This document shows, in pieces, positions 1 through 12,768 of a stretch of 64,000 nt of DNA. The stretch covers positions 1,024,001-1,088,000 of the forward strand of contig JBGARZ010000001.1 of the NCBI GenBank assembly GCA_044229975.1. Reading direction: 5' to 3'. Source of the DNA: Polyangiales bacterium. Lineage in GTDB: Bacteria; Myxococcota_A; Polyangia; Polyangiales; Ga0077539. Position 1 is the stretch's first letter; every line of letters starts with the position of its first letter. The notes below the pieces were generated by a model. The model ran no database searches and was not told the origin of the DNA. It saw nothing but the letters and a program-made list of their open reading frames with translations. Made by a program: the position numbers and the translations under genes.

Positions 1-4
1 GGAG

Positions 5-994
5 GTGATGGTCATCGAGCGCGCCACCGGCGCGGGCCACACCATGGCCGTCGGAACCTTCGCCCGCCTCCGCATCGCCGACCTGCTCGACGACGGCCCG
101 CTGTCCGGCGCGGACATCGCGGCGCGGCTCGGCACCGACCCCGACGCGACCTTCCGGCTGATGCACTCCATGGCCTCCATCGACTTCGTGACGATGGACG
201 GCGAGCGGCGCTTCTCCCACGGCCGGGCGTCGCGGGCGATGCGCTCCAACGAGGTGATGCGCGCGCGCGACTTCGCCGAGTACTTCGCGAGCGAGAGCAA
301 CCTCCGCGCGTGGCTGGACTTCGGCGAGACGCTGCGCACCGGCAAGTGCGCCTTCGACCGGGTGCATGGGATGAGCGTGTGGGACTGGTTCGACGCGCAC
401 CCCGACGAGCGCGAGTGCTTCGCCCGCGCGATGACGGGCCTCACGCTGGCCGACGCGCCCTTCGTCGCGGGGACGTACCCCTTCGGCGAGGTGCAGACGG
501 TCTGCGACGTGGGCGGCGGCCGCGGCGCGCTGCTCTCGGAGATCCTGCTCCGTCATCCGCACCTGCGCGGGACGCTCACCGACAACCCGCGCGTGCTCGA
601 CGACGCCCGCAAGCTGCTCGACCGTCGCGGCGTCGCCGACCGCGTGACCCTGTCCCCTGGGAGCTTCTTCGAGAGCGTCCCGGCGGGCGCCGACCTCTAC
701 ACCCTCAAGAACATCGTCCACGACTGGGACGACGCCCGCTCGGAGACCATCCTCCGCAACGTGCGCGCGGCGATGAAGCCTGGGCAGAAGGTGCTGCTGC
801 TGGAGAGCATCCTCGACCGCACGAAGCCCGATCCCCTCGTCACCCCCGCCGACCTCCAGATGATGATGATCTGCGGCGAGGGGCGCGAGCGCGACGAGGC
901 CGACTTCCATCGCCTGTTTCGGGCGACGGGCTTCGCGCCGGGGCGCACCTGGGCGATGCCCACCGTCGGGCTCATCGAAGGCGTCGCGCGCTGA
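5..994 (+). CDS. SAM-dependent O-methyltransferase (Methyltransf_2 family with N-terminal dimerisation domain); 5' end may lie outside the window
   Basis: DVGGGRG SAM-binding motif, GSFF, KNIVHDWDD catalytic His-Asp, GRER motif. Confidence 0.9.
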   Translation: MMVIERATGAGHTMAVGTFARLRIADLLDDGPLSGADIAARLGTDPDATFRLMHSMASIDFVTMDGERRFSHGRASRAMRSNEVMRARDFAEYFASESNLRAWLDFGETLRTGKCAFDRVHGMSVWDWFDAHPDERECFARAMTGLTLADAPFVAGTYPFGEVQTVCDVGGGRGALLSEILLRHPHLRGTLTDNPRVLDDARKLLDRRGVADRVTLSPGSFFESVPAGADLYTLKNIVHDWDDARSETILRNVRAAMKPGQKVLLLESILDRTKPDPLVTPADLQMMMICGEGRERDEADFHRLFRATGFAPGRTWAMPTVGLIEGVAR

Positions 995-995
995 G

Positions 996-2366
996 CTACT
1001 CGACCACCCGCCGCACCACGCCCTCGTCGGCGAGGTCGACGCTCGTCTGCTGCTTGGGCTCGCTGCCATCGGCGAGCCGCATCACCTCGGTGAAGGGCTG
1101 ATCGAACAGCTCCGGCGCGCGCACCCCCGACAGCACCAGCACCCAGCGCCCGTCTTCGAGTTCGAGCACGCTGCCCGGCGGATATCGACCCACCCGGTTG
1201 ACGAAGAGCTGGAGCAGCGCCGGGTCGTACTCGATGCCCTTCGACGCGTACATCCGCGCCAGCGCCGTCGGCGGCGACATCAGCGCGCCGCCCGGTCGGT
1301 AGCGCGTGAGCGTCTCGAAGTCGTCGGCGATGTGGATGATGCGCGCGAAGAGCGACGCTCCATCAGACGCCCGGTACGGCTTGTGGTGCTCCAGGCAGGC
1401 CAGCATTCGATGGATGCGCGCCTCGTGGAAGCCCCGCTGCGCCAGCAGGCTGCGCACGGCCGCGCTGCCGTGCCGACTGAAGGGCGGCGCGTAGCCGTCC
1501 TCGTCCGTCGCGTAGCCGAGGTCGTGGTAGCAGGCCGTCACGCCGAGGTCGGCGAGCACCGTGTCGGGCAGGCCGAGCTCGCGGCCGATGAGCACGGCGA
1601 GGGCGGCCACCTGCGAGCTGTGGCGGGAGATGGCTGCGGTGTTTCGGTCGATGCGCGAGCGAGCGATGCTCTCCTCTTCGGACTGCGCCGGGAGGTCGAC
1701 GAGCTCGTTGATCATCTTGCGAACGGGCAGCGGGTTGGCCGCGCGCCCGGCCGCGAGCCCCGCCCAGAGGCCGTCGATGACCCCGGCCGCGCGGTGCATG
1801 ATGGCCCCGACGTCCTGGTCGAGCCGGCGGTGCTCGTCCTTCATGCGGTAGCGAAACACCGGCAGCAGCTCGATGGCGTTGAGCCCCTCGGACTCCAGCG
1901 CGGCCTGGAGCGTCGCGCGCGGATGATCGACGGCGGCCTCGGTCATGGCGCGCACCACCACGCGGCGCCACTGGTCCATGGTGAAGGTCGCGTGGAGGTT
2001 GAGCCCGCCCACCTGGTGCCGCAGCCACAGCGCCGCGAAGCCGTCCTCCGGGTCGATGCGGTCGTCCAGGCGGAGGCGCTGGTCGTTCACGTAGACCTGA
2101 TCTTCGACCATGATGACCTGCACCAGACCGAGCAGGTCGCGCAGCGCCGTGAGCGAGCGCTCCAGGTCACGCAAGGGCGCCTCGAAGGCCATGTTGCCCA
2201 CGTCGTGGAAGCGGGTCATCCGCATCGCGCCGGTGAGCATCCGCACAAACTGCTCGCCCAGCTCGCGCACCTTCGCGGCCAGCTCGCGGTCGTCCCCGGC
2301 CCTCGCCCGGTCGAGCGCCGCGCCAACGTCCCGCTGCGCCTGTCCGACCTCGTCGAGCTCGCTCAC
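996..2366 (-). CDS. HD-GYP-like (HD domain) protein lacking the GYP loop
   Basis: C-terminal part of ORF 996..3431; GTG start at 2366 overlaps the upstream TGA (GTGA); YHDLG, EHH, IIHIADDFETL, GRYPPGS motifs. Confidence 0.75.
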   Translation of the reverse strand: MSELDEVGQAQRDVGAALDRARAGDDRELAAKVRELGEQFVRMLTGAMRMTRFHDVGNMAFEAPLRDLERSLTALRDLLGLVQVIMVEDQVYVNDQRLRLDDRIDPEDGFAALWLRHQVGGLNLHATFTMDQWRRVVVRAMTEAAVDHPRATLQAALESEGLNAIELLPVFRYRMKDEHRRLDQDVGAIMHRAAGVIDGLWAGLAAGRAANPLPVRKMINELVDLPAQSEEESIARSRIDRNTAAISRHSSQVAALAVLIGRELGLPDTVLADLGVTACYHDLGYATDEDGYAPPFSRHGSAAVRSLLAQRGFHEARIHRMLACLEHHKPYRASDGASLFARIIHIADDFETLTRYRPGGALMSPPTALARMYASKGIEYDPALLQLFVNRVGRYPPGSVLELEDGRWVLVLSGVRAPELFDQPFTEVMRLADGSEPKQQTSVDLADEGVVRRVVE

Positions 2367-4924
2367 GGCGTCCCCCCGGCCCGCTGCGCCCGCTCGCTGA
2401 CGGCGTCGTCCACCGCGCGCCGCAGCGCCTCCGACGTCACCGTTGCGGCCAGCTCGCGCAGCACCCCGTCGGCCTCGTCGCTCGGGTGCCGCGCGAGGCC
2501 CGCCGCGACCGCCCGCACGCGCGCCGTGTGCGCGTCGCTCTTGACGAGGCGCTGGATGATCCCCGGCGGCTTCGCCCACTCGCGGAAGGCTTCGAGCGCC
2601 CGCGCGCCATCGACGAGCGTCATGGCCCGCCCGACCGCGGCCATCTCCTCGGGCGACGACGAGCGCTCGTCCGCGCGGTGCTCGGCGTGGCGCTGCAGCA
2701 GCGTGAACGCCCCCGGCTCGCGGTGCTCCCCGATGGCCTCGACGGTGCGTACGCGCAGCGTCTCGCTGCTCGACCGCAGGAGGTGCACGAGCACGCCGCG
2801 GGTGGACGTGTCCGTCTTGCCCACCGCCGTCAGCCGGAGAAATTCCATCTGGAGTTCGTCGTCCTCGCCGGACATGAGCGTCGCGGCCACCAACGAGGGC
2901 GCGTCGGGGAGCTTCTCGGAGAGCGTTCGCAGGAGGTCGGCGGCGAGGCTGCCGCGCGTCTCGCGCATGCGGGCGATGACCACGTCGGCGCGCATCGGGA
3001 GGAAGCCCTCCAGGAGCTCGCGCAGCACGCGGCGATCGTGCTCCGAGCGCTCGGACGCGAGCAGGTCGAGCAGCACCGGAACCGGGTCGTAGGGGAGCGA
3101 GTGCAGCAGGTTGGTGAGCTCGGCCGGCGCGGCCGTGGCGTCGTTGGGCACCGATCGAATGAGCTTCTGCACGGCGCGCTGATCGAAGAAGCCGGAGACC
3201 AGCGGACCGACCTGCTCGGAGAGCTCGGGGTGCCCGTCGGCGAAGGACGTGAGCACGTCGAAGAGCGCCAGGAGCTGCAGGAGGCGACTGTCCGAGAGAA
3301 GGAAGTCGCGGGCTTCGCGCACGAGCGGCGAGACCTCGTCGAAGTGCAGCGGGTCGGTCGGGTCGCCCGCCACGACGAGCAGGCGCTTGATGAGGTCGAT
3401 GGTCACCTGCGGCAGTCGCGGCGACGCGCACTCGGCGACCAGCGTCGCGCGCTGCTCCTCGCTGACGGCCGACGCCGCCACACGCACCGGGTCAGGCAGC
3501 CGCGGAACCGGGAGGTCGAAGTCCGCGGGAACCTTCGCCGACGCCGCGATGGCGACCGCCGCAAACCCGCCGCCGCCTCCGCCCTCGGCACCGGGCCCGG
3601 AGCTGTCATCGTCGTCGGGGACGAAGCCCTCGATGGACTCGATGGTGATGTGATGGAAGCCGGCCTTCCAGAGCAGCGTGACGAGGTCATCTTCGTCATG
3701 CCGCACGCCCACGAAGCGGATCGACAGGATCTCCAGCAGCTTGGTGAGCTCGGGCCAGGTGGTGTCGGCGTCGAGGGTGAGCTTGCGCACGCCGTCGCGG
3801 AAGAGCTTGAGGGCGAGCGAGCGCTCCCGCTCGCGCTCGATGTAGACGACCTCCTGGTCGAGCACGAGCTCGAAGGGGCGCACCGTCAGCGGGAGCTCCC
3901 CATACGTGGCGAGGTATGCCGCGAAGGTGTTGCGGACGGCGTCGAGGAAGCCGCGCACGGCCTGGTTGCTGGGGTCGTAGATGAGGTAGCTGCGAGAGGC
4001 GCGCGCGAGGGCCAGCATGCACGCGTGGGCGGCGACGGCGCGGTCGCTCCCCTGGAGGGCCGTCTCGCTCTCGCCCTCCAGCAGCGGCGTGGAGGGACGC
4101 GCGGCGGGGATGCTCCCAGGCGCGCTGGAGAGTCGGAGCGGCGGGAGCGACGCGTAGGCCGAGTCGCCGGCGGCGGGCGCCGCGCGGCTCAGGCTCTTGG
4201 TGGGCGCAGCGACGCGGCGGGGTGCGACGGTGGGGGGCGGCGCACCGCGGCGTGCAAGGGGCGGCGCGGGCGTGAGGTCATCGAGCTCGAAGCGCTCGGG
4301 AATGGACGGGCCGCGCGAGACCCTCACGACGTCGTCGAGGGGGCGCGCGGGCGGCGGGGCGGTCTTCGCGCCGGGCGCGGCGGACAGCCGGGCGGTCTGC
4401 GCGAAGGGGTCTTCGGCGGGTTCGGCGAAGGGGTCTTCCATCGGCAGCGCGGGGCCGCGGGAGTGGCTCGGCGGCGCGGGCCGGAGGGGCGGCGGGCGCG
4501 ACGACGACCGCGGCGGGCCGACGACGAGGTTGAGCGGAGACGACGTGCGGCGCGGCGGCAGCGGAACGTCGGGCAGCACCTCGACCTTCGGCACCTCGTC
4601 GTCGTCGACGGGCTCGGCGCGCGGGTCGACCCTGGGAAAGCCCGCGCCGCTGCTGTGACGGCCCACGGGCGGAGGCTTCATCGTGGGGATGGCGACGGCG
4701 GGATGGGTTCCGCTCGACTCGGGGCGCCGCGGGGGCGCGATGTCGAGGACGACCGCGGGGGGCAGCGAGGCGCTGCGCGGTGCGAGAAACGGCGGCAGCG
4801 CGGGGACGGACTCGACCGAGTCCCGCCGCGGCGGAGCACCGATGGGCAGCGACGGCCGACGGATCGACGGACCCTCCGTCTGCTCGTTGCCCGCCGGGGG
4901 CTCGGAGCGGTCTCGGTTCGACAT
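2363..4924 (-). CDS. HEAT-repeat protein with a long Pro-rich disordered N-terminus
   Basis: ATG at 4924 (MSNRD); about 280 aa Pro/Ala/Ser-rich, then a helical region with HEAT-like repeats (LRVRTVEAIG, VRAVAAGLAR). Confidence 0.7.
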   Translation of the reverse strand: MSNRDRSEPPAGNEQTEGPSIRRPSLPIGAPPRRDSVESVPALPPFLAPRSASLPPAVVLDIAPPRRPESSGTHPAVAIPTMKPPPVGRHSSGAGFPRVDPRAEPVDDDEVPKVEVLPDVPLPPRRTSSPLNLVVGPPRSSSRPPPLRPAPPSHSRGPALPMEDPFAEPAEDPFAQTARLSAAPGAKTAPPPARPLDDVVRVSRGPSIPERFELDDLTPAPPLARRGAPPPTVAPRRVAAPTKSLSRAAPAAGDSAYASLPPLRLSSAPGSIPAARPSTPLLEGESETALQGSDRAVAAHACMLALARASRSYLIYDPSNQAVRGFLDAVRNTFAAYLATYGELPLTVRPFELVLDQEVVYIERERERSLALKLFRDGVRKLTLDADTTWPELTKLLEILSIRFVGVRHDEDDLVTLLWKAGFHHITIESIEGFVPDDDDSSGPGAEGGGGGGFAAVAIAASAKVPADFDLPVPRLPDPVRVAASAVSEEQRATLVAECASPRLPQVTIDLIKRLLVVAGDPTDPLHFDEVSPLVREARDFLLSDSRLLQLLALFDVLTSFADGHPELSEQVGPLVSGFFDQRAVQKLIRSVPNDATAAPAELTNLLHSLPYDPVPVLLDLLASERSEHDRRVLRELLEGFLPMRADVVIARMRETRGSLAADLLRTLSEKLPDAPSLVAATLMSGEDDELQMEFLRLTAVGKTDTSTRGVLVHLLRSSSETLRVRTVEAIGEHREPGAFTLLQRHAEHRADERSSSPEEMAAVGRAMTLVDGARALEAFREWAKPPGIIQRLVKSDAHTARVRAVAAGLARHPSDEADGVLRELAATVTSEALRRAVDDAVSERAQRAGGTP

Positions 4925-5009
4925 GGGTAGGCGTGACCTCCGCGCCCCTGAGGTAACGCCTCCCGACAAGCGGGATCAAGAGATTCCGCCCCCCGTCGCG
5001 GTGCGTCGA

Positions 5010-7265
5010 TCAGTAGTCCACGACCGCGTCAAAGGCCGCGTCGCTGTGGAGCGGTAGCGCGAGCGAGCGCTCGGTGAGGCCATGGAGGTAGCGGTAGCGC
5101 GCGAGGTTTTGCACCACCCGGCGCACATACCCGCGGGTCTCGTCGAAGGGGATGTGCTCGACGAAGGCGTCGACCTCGTCGGCGCCGTGCTCGCGCATCC
5201 AGCGGTTCATGGCGCCCGGGCCGGCGTTGAAGCTCCCGATGGAGCGGGGCAGCACCGAGCGGTACTGGCGGTAGAGCCGACCGATGTAGTGACCCGCGAC
5301 GCGGATGTTGTACGCGGGCTCGAAGAGCTGATCTTCGGTGAAGGAAATACCCAGCTCGGCCGCGACCCGACGCGTCGTCGGCGGAACCATCTGGAGCAGC
5401 CCGATGGCGCGAGCCGTGGAGACGTCGCGCGCGTTGAAGCCGCTCTCCTGGCGCATGATGGCGAAGAGGTAGTCGCGCGGCAGGCCGTTGGCGTCTTCGG
5501 CCGCCTCGACCAGCGGCGCGAAGGGCCGCGGAAACCCAGCGTCCCAGACCCACCGGGTGTTGGCGTTCGGGAGCTGGTCGAGGGCGTCGGCGTGACGCGA
5601 CGACAGGACAAACGCCCGACGTGCATCGCCCAGGGCGAGGTAGGCCCCGGCGAGCACCTCGTCGGCGCGATCGCGCGGCAGCGTCGCGCGCAGGGCGTCC
5701 TCGTCGGTGACCACCACGTCAGCGGCCTCGCGGTCGAAGCCCAGCGCCGAGAGCCAGCGCGCCCGCGGCGGGAGGATCACCGTCGGCCGCGGCCTCGCGG
5801 GCGGCGGCGGCGGAGGTGCGTCGACGGTCTCGCCCTGGGCCCTCAGCCGCGTCTCGGCGAGCAGCGCGTACCAGGTGAGCGGTCGATGCGCGATGAGCCC
5901 GCGCCACCCTGCGACGGCCGCCGTGGGGTCGCCCGCGCGCAGCCTCGCGACGGCCGACCAGTACCGGCCGCGGCCGCGTTCGAGATGGTGCGTGGCGATG
6001 TCACCGGAGCGCGCGAGCGGCTCCACCGCATCGGCGTACTGACCGGCGGAGAAGAGCGTCCACCCGAGGTGCCAGGCGGCGTCGACGCGCAGGCGCGACG
6101 GGGCGTCGGGCCGATCGCGGAGGTAGGCGCGCCATCGCCCGACGGCCTCGTCCAACCGCGCGTGACGGGACGCGAGCCACGCCGCGCGGAAGGCCGCCTC
6201 GTCGCTCCAGCGACCACGCAGCGAGCGGGCAACGGCGTCGTAGGCGCGCACCGCGTCGTCGTCCTGGTCGGCCCGCGAGAGCGCCCGCGCGGCCATGAAC
6301 GCGTCCTCGTCCCGGTCGTTGTTGAGGGGATTGCGCGCGGCGACGGAGAGCCAACGGTGCGCCTCGGGGTACCTCCCGCGCGCCCCGAAAAACGCCCTGC
6401 CCAGGAGGTGCACCCGCCGCGCCTCGTCGCGTCCCGTGAGCGTCGGGATGGCCTGCAGCGCCTCGATGGCCTCCGTGTGCCGCGCCCGCTCCAATAGCGT
6501 CGCCGCGCGCTCCATCGACTGCGCCGGGCTGAGGGGCGTCGCCGCGCGCACCAGCGCCGCGAGACCCTGGATGCCCGCTGGGGTGTCGGGCTCATCGACG
6601 GCCAGGCGACGGCGCGCCTCGCGAGCGGCGTTGATGTCCCCGGCGGCGTCGAGCGCCTCGAGGGCCAGTCGCCACGCGCGCGGTCGGTCGATGCCCGGAG
6701 GCGGGTGGGCGACCCAGGCGCGCATCGCGTCGGTGGCCGCGCGGCGATCGCCCGCCGACCACGCCTCGAGCGTGGCGTGGGTGCGATCGCGACCGGCGCC
6801 GCCCCGAAGGCTGAGGGCCTCGTAGGCGGCGCGCGACTCGGCGTGTCGACCGGCGGCCGAGAGCGCCGCGGCCTCCATGCGACGGGCGTCGAGGGAGAGC
6901 GCGGGGAGCGCGGCGGCGAGCCCGGTGAGCTGCGTGAGGGCGAAGGCCGCATCGCCCCGATCGAGCGCCACGCGCGCGGCAATGAAGCGCGCCTCGGGTC
7001 GGGCCTGCTCCGCAGCCGGGAGCCGTTGGAGCGCGGCCAGGACGGACGAGCGATCGCCCGCGCGCACCATCGCGACGACGGCGGCGAGCGACGGCGGGGA
7101 GGAGGGCTCCACCGCGGCGTCGTCGACGCCCGCGTCGGGCGCACCCGCGGTCGGAGCCGGGCGCGGCGCAGACCGCATCGGGCGTCGCGGCGGCGTCGGC
7201 GCGGGGTCACGCACGCAGCCCGCGAGCGCGACGAGGCCCAGGAGATGTCGTCCGCGGATCGCCAC
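5010..7265 (-). CDS. Soluble lytic murein transglycosylase (Slt family) lipoprotein with TPR-like repeats
   Basis: Lipobox LAGC; IMRQESGF catalytic Glu, AIGLLQMVP, SFNAGPG, ETRGYV. Confidence 0.9.
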   Translation of the reverse strand: MAIRGRHLLGLVALAGCVRDPAPTPPRRPMRSAPRPAPTAGAPDAGVDDAAVEPSSPPSLAAVVAMVRAGDRSSVLAALQRLPAAEQARPEARFIAARVALDRGDAAFALTQLTGLAAALPALSLDARRMEAAALSAAGRHAESRAAYEALSLRGGAGRDRTHATLEAWSAGDRRAATDAMRAWVAHPPPGIDRPRAWRLALEALDAAGDINAAREARRRLAVDEPDTPAGIQGLAALVRAATPLSPAQSMERAATLLERARHTEAIEALQAIPTLTGRDEARRVHLLGRAFFGARGRYPEAHRWLSVAARNPLNNDRDEDAFMAARALSRADQDDDAVRAYDAVARSLRGRWSDEAAFRAAWLASRHARLDEAVGRWRAYLRDRPDAPSRLRVDAAWHLGWTLFSAGQYADAVEPLARSGDIATHHLERGRGRYWSAVARLRAGDPTAAVAGWRGLIAHRPLTWYALLAETRLRAQGETVDAPPPPPPARPRPTVILPPRARWLSALGFDREAADVVVTDEDALRATLPRDRADEVLAGAYLALGDARRAFVLSSRHADALDQLPNANTRWVWDAGFPRPFAPLVEAAEDANGLPRDYLFAIMRQESGFNARDVSTARAIGLLQMVPPTTRRVAAELGISFTEDQLFEPAYNIRVAGHYIGRLYRQYRSVLPRSIGSFNAGPGAMNRWMREHGADEVDAFVEHIPFDETRGYVRRVVQNLARYRYLHGLTERSLALPLHSDAAFDAVVDY

Positions 7266-7380
7266 CGTTCAGGGCTGAACCGCCTACCACACCCGGAGCC
7301 CCTGTTGGCGTCACAGCCCGCGAAGTCCGTCGGCGGTGGCCGGAAGGCTGTGTGGTAGCGTCGGGTGTGCGGTGCGCGAC

Positions 7381-8937
7381 ATGACAGGAGCGTTGGCAGC
7401 GGGGCCGAGGACGCCGGTCGACGCCTTTCGTTTGGTGGGCACGCGGCTCGACGGCAAGTACCTCGTCGAGGCGCTGGTCGCCGAAGGGGGCTTCGGCATC
7501 GTGTACCGCTGCGCCCACGCGGACCTTCAGAAGGCCATCGCGCTGAAGGTGTTGAAGATCCCCGGGCACCTCGCGGCGACGGCGAAGGGGGAGTTCTTCA
7601 AGAAGTTCACCAACGAGGCGCGCACCATCGCGCGCATCGAGCACGAGTCCATCGTGCGGGTGCTCGACTTCGGGACGTCCATCATGCCCACCGGCGAGCT
7701 CGCCCCGTGGATGGCCCTGGAGTGGCTCGACGGCGTGACCCTGGAGCGCGACCTCGACCAGCGCACCGCGGCAGGGCCGGGCGGTCGCTCGCCCGCGGAG
7801 GCCCTCGCGCTCATGCACCCGGTCATCGAGGCCGTGGCGCTCGCACACGAAGAGGGCATCGCGCACCGCGACATCAAGCCCGGCAACCTGATGCTGGTGA
7901 CCAACCGCCGCGGCGACGCGCGGATGAAGCTCCTGGATTTCGGCATCGCGAAGGTGATGGCCGACGACGACCGCGCGCCCAGCTCGGGGCAGACCTCGAC
8001 GCAGGCCCACCTCCAGATGTTCTCGCTCGACTACGCCGCGCCCGAGCAGATGAGCGGTACCCGCTCGGGCCCGTGGACGGACGTGCACGCCCTCGGCCTC
8101 GTGCTCTCCGAACTCCTCACCGGCGTGCAGCCCTACGACGGCGAGGACTCCGTCGAGATCTTCTCCGAGGCCCTGAGCCGCCGCCGCCCCACGCCCGCCC
8201 GCCGCGGCCTCGACGTCGGCCCGTGGGAGCCCGTGCTGCTCCGCGCCCTCGCCCTGCGCCCGGCCGATCGCTTCCCCAACGCGGCCGCCTTCCTCAAGGC
8301 GCTGCTCGAAGAGGTCCCGTCGACGGCGGTGTGGCGCGCGTCGATCCAGCCCACGCTGTCACCGCCCGCGTCCGATCCTCCGCCGCAGCCGGCCTCCGAG
8401 CGCCCCGCGAAGATCGAGTCGGTGAAGGCCCCCGCGGTCGCGAAGGCCGCGCCAGCGACCACCGTGAAGGCCGTGGCCGCGCCCGCCGCGGAGGTCCCCG
8501 AGTCGCAGCGCATCACGGCGCTCCTGCCGACGGCGTCGCACGATGACGACGACGAGCCCGTGAAGCTCCCCATCAACCGCGTCGGCGGTCTCGCGTGGGC
8601 GGCGCTGGCGCTCGGCCTCGTCGGCGTCGGCGCGGTGGTGTTCGTCACGCAGCGCGCGCCCGCGGTCGTGCCGAGGCCCGCTCCGTCGGCCGCCGTCGTC
8701 GCACCGGCGCCGCCACCTGCCGTCGTGGCACCCGCGCCACCTGCGCCACCCGTCGTTCCGACCGCTCCGGCTGTCGTCGCGGCGCCGCTGCCCACCGCCG
8801 TGGTCGTCGCTCCGCTGCCGGTGGCCCGGCCCGCGGCGGTCGTCCCCGCTGCGCCGGTCGAGCGTCCGCCAGCGGCGCCCCGCCCGCCCGTGCATCGTCC
8901 TCGATCGCCCTCGTCGGGGCGCATCCCCATCGAGTAG
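7381..8937 (+). CDS. Membrane-anchored Hanks-type Ser/Thr protein kinase
   Basis: EGGFGIVY, IALKVL, HRDIKPGN, DFG, APE; TM segment then Pro/Ala/Val-rich tail. Confidence 0.92.
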   Translation: MTGALAAGPRTPVDAFRLVGTRLDGKYLVEALVAEGGFGIVYRCAHADLQKAIALKVLKIPGHLAATAKGEFFKKFTNEARTIARIEHESIVRVLDFGTSIMPTGELAPWMALEWLDGVTLERDLDQRTAAGPGGRSPAEALALMHPVIEAVALAHEEGIAHRDIKPGNLMLVTNRRGDARMKLLDFGIAKVMADDDRAPSSGQTSTQAHLQMFSLDYAAPEQMSGTRSGPWTDVHALGLVLSELLTGVQPYDGEDSVEIFSEALSRRRPTPARRGLDVGPWEPVLLRALALRPADRFPNAAAFLKALLEEVPSTAVWRASIQPTLSPPASDPPPQPASERPAKIESVKAPAVAKAAPATTVKAVAAPAAEVPESQRITALLPTASHDDDDEPVKLPINRVGGLAWAALALGLVGVGAVVFVTQRAPAVVPRPAPSAAVVAPAPPPAVVAPAPPAPPVVPTAPAVVAAPLPTAVVVAPLPVARPAAVVPAAPVERPPAAPRPPVHRPRSPSSGRIPIE

Positions 8938-9061
8938 CGGTCGGCCCCGGTCCCCGTCTCGGGGGCACCGCGAGACTCTGGCGATCGGGCGGCGATGCTC
9001 CTATGGTCTGCCGCCCATCCATACGGTCACCCACCGAACCAACCTTCGAATCAATACCCCC

Positions 9062-11872
<2,811 letters not shown>

Positions 11873-11880
11873 GGAGCTCT

Positions 11881-12273
11881 ATGAGCGACGACCGCCCTGC
11901 CCCGCCCCGTCGGCGTCACGTGCTGGTGATCGACGACGACACCCTCGTGCGCACCTCGCTCGGTCACCTGCTACGGCTCGACCACGAGGTGACGCTCTGC
12001 GGGGCGGCGGAGGAGGCGCTCAAGCTCTTCGTGGATGGAGCGCGCTTCGACGCGGTGCTCTGCGACCTCAACATGCCCGGCATGGACGGCGTCGCCCTCT
12101 ACGACGAGATGGTGACGGCCTTCCCGGAGCAGCTCGGTCGCACCGTGTTTCTGACGGGCGGGGCGTACACGACGCGCTCGCAGGAGTTCCTGGAACGTGT
12201 TCCCAACGAGCACATGGAGAAGCCCTTCGACTTCGAAGCACTGCGCTCGGTGCTCGCCCGGGTGATGGGCTGA
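11881..12273 (+). CDS. Single-domain response regulator (receiver)
   Basis: VLVIDDD, LCDLNMPGMDG, FLTG, KPF. Confidence 0.92.
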   Translation: MSDDRPAPPRRRHVLVIDDDTLVRTSLGHLLRLDHEVTLCGAAEEALKLFVDGARFDAVLCDLNMPGMDGVALYDEMVTAFPEQLGRTVFLTGGAYTTRSQEFLERVPNEHMEKPFDFEALRSVLARVMG

Positions 12274-12293
12274 GCTGAACGGTCGCCCGGCGA

Positions 12294-12689
12294 CTACTGG
12301 AGGGCGCGCAGCAGGACGCCCACCACCGCGATGAAGAGCGACGCGGCGAAGCCCGTGCGCAGCAGCGCGAAGATGCGACGGAGCTCGGCGAGGGCCGTCA
12401 TCAGGTGGGTGATGTCGCGCCCTTCGGTGTCGACGATCTTGAGCAGCAGCTCCGAGGCGCGGCGCACCCAGAAGCCCGCGATGACCATCGGCGCGCAGAA
12501 GGCCGCGAACACCATCGGCGTCGGGTCGCGGGCGGCGCTCGCGACGAAGACGCCCACGTAGAGAATCGCGACGATGGCCAGCGCCATCAGCACCAGGCCC
12601 GCGACGCTCATCACGCCCGCGAGGTCGCGGATGACGACGTTTTGATCAGCGGAGAACTCGTACTCGGACTTCTCGGCGGGCTCGGACAT
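12294..12689 (-). CDS. Small hypothetical membrane protein (about 3 TM helices)
   Basis: Hydrophobic segments; RBS-like GAGGAG upstream; native codon usage. Confidence 0.7.
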   Translation of the reverse strand: MSEPAEKSEYEFSADQNVVIRDLAGVMSVAGLVLMALAIVAILYVGVFVASAARDPTPMVFAAFCAPMVIAGFWVRRASELLLKIVDTEGRDITHLMTALAELRRIFALLRTGFAASLFIAVVGVLLRALQ

Positions 12690-12768
12690 CGGTGGACTCC
12701 TCGCGGCTGCGGGGCTGCAGCGACGGCGGAGGATACACAGGCCGATGTGAGGGGAGAGAGGAAGCGGC

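Noticed and set aside
2367..3431. N-terminal extension of the 811-aa ORF, and similar extensions of ORFs 37065, 51518, 60546 and 20341..23190
   Set aside because: The extensions overlap real genes in other frames; the true starts are at internal overlapping start codons
8938..9061. Hairpin gggcggc...gccgccc upstream of sucA as a sucA RNA motif
   Set aside because: A short GC stem is expected by chance and I see no recognisable match to the known motif
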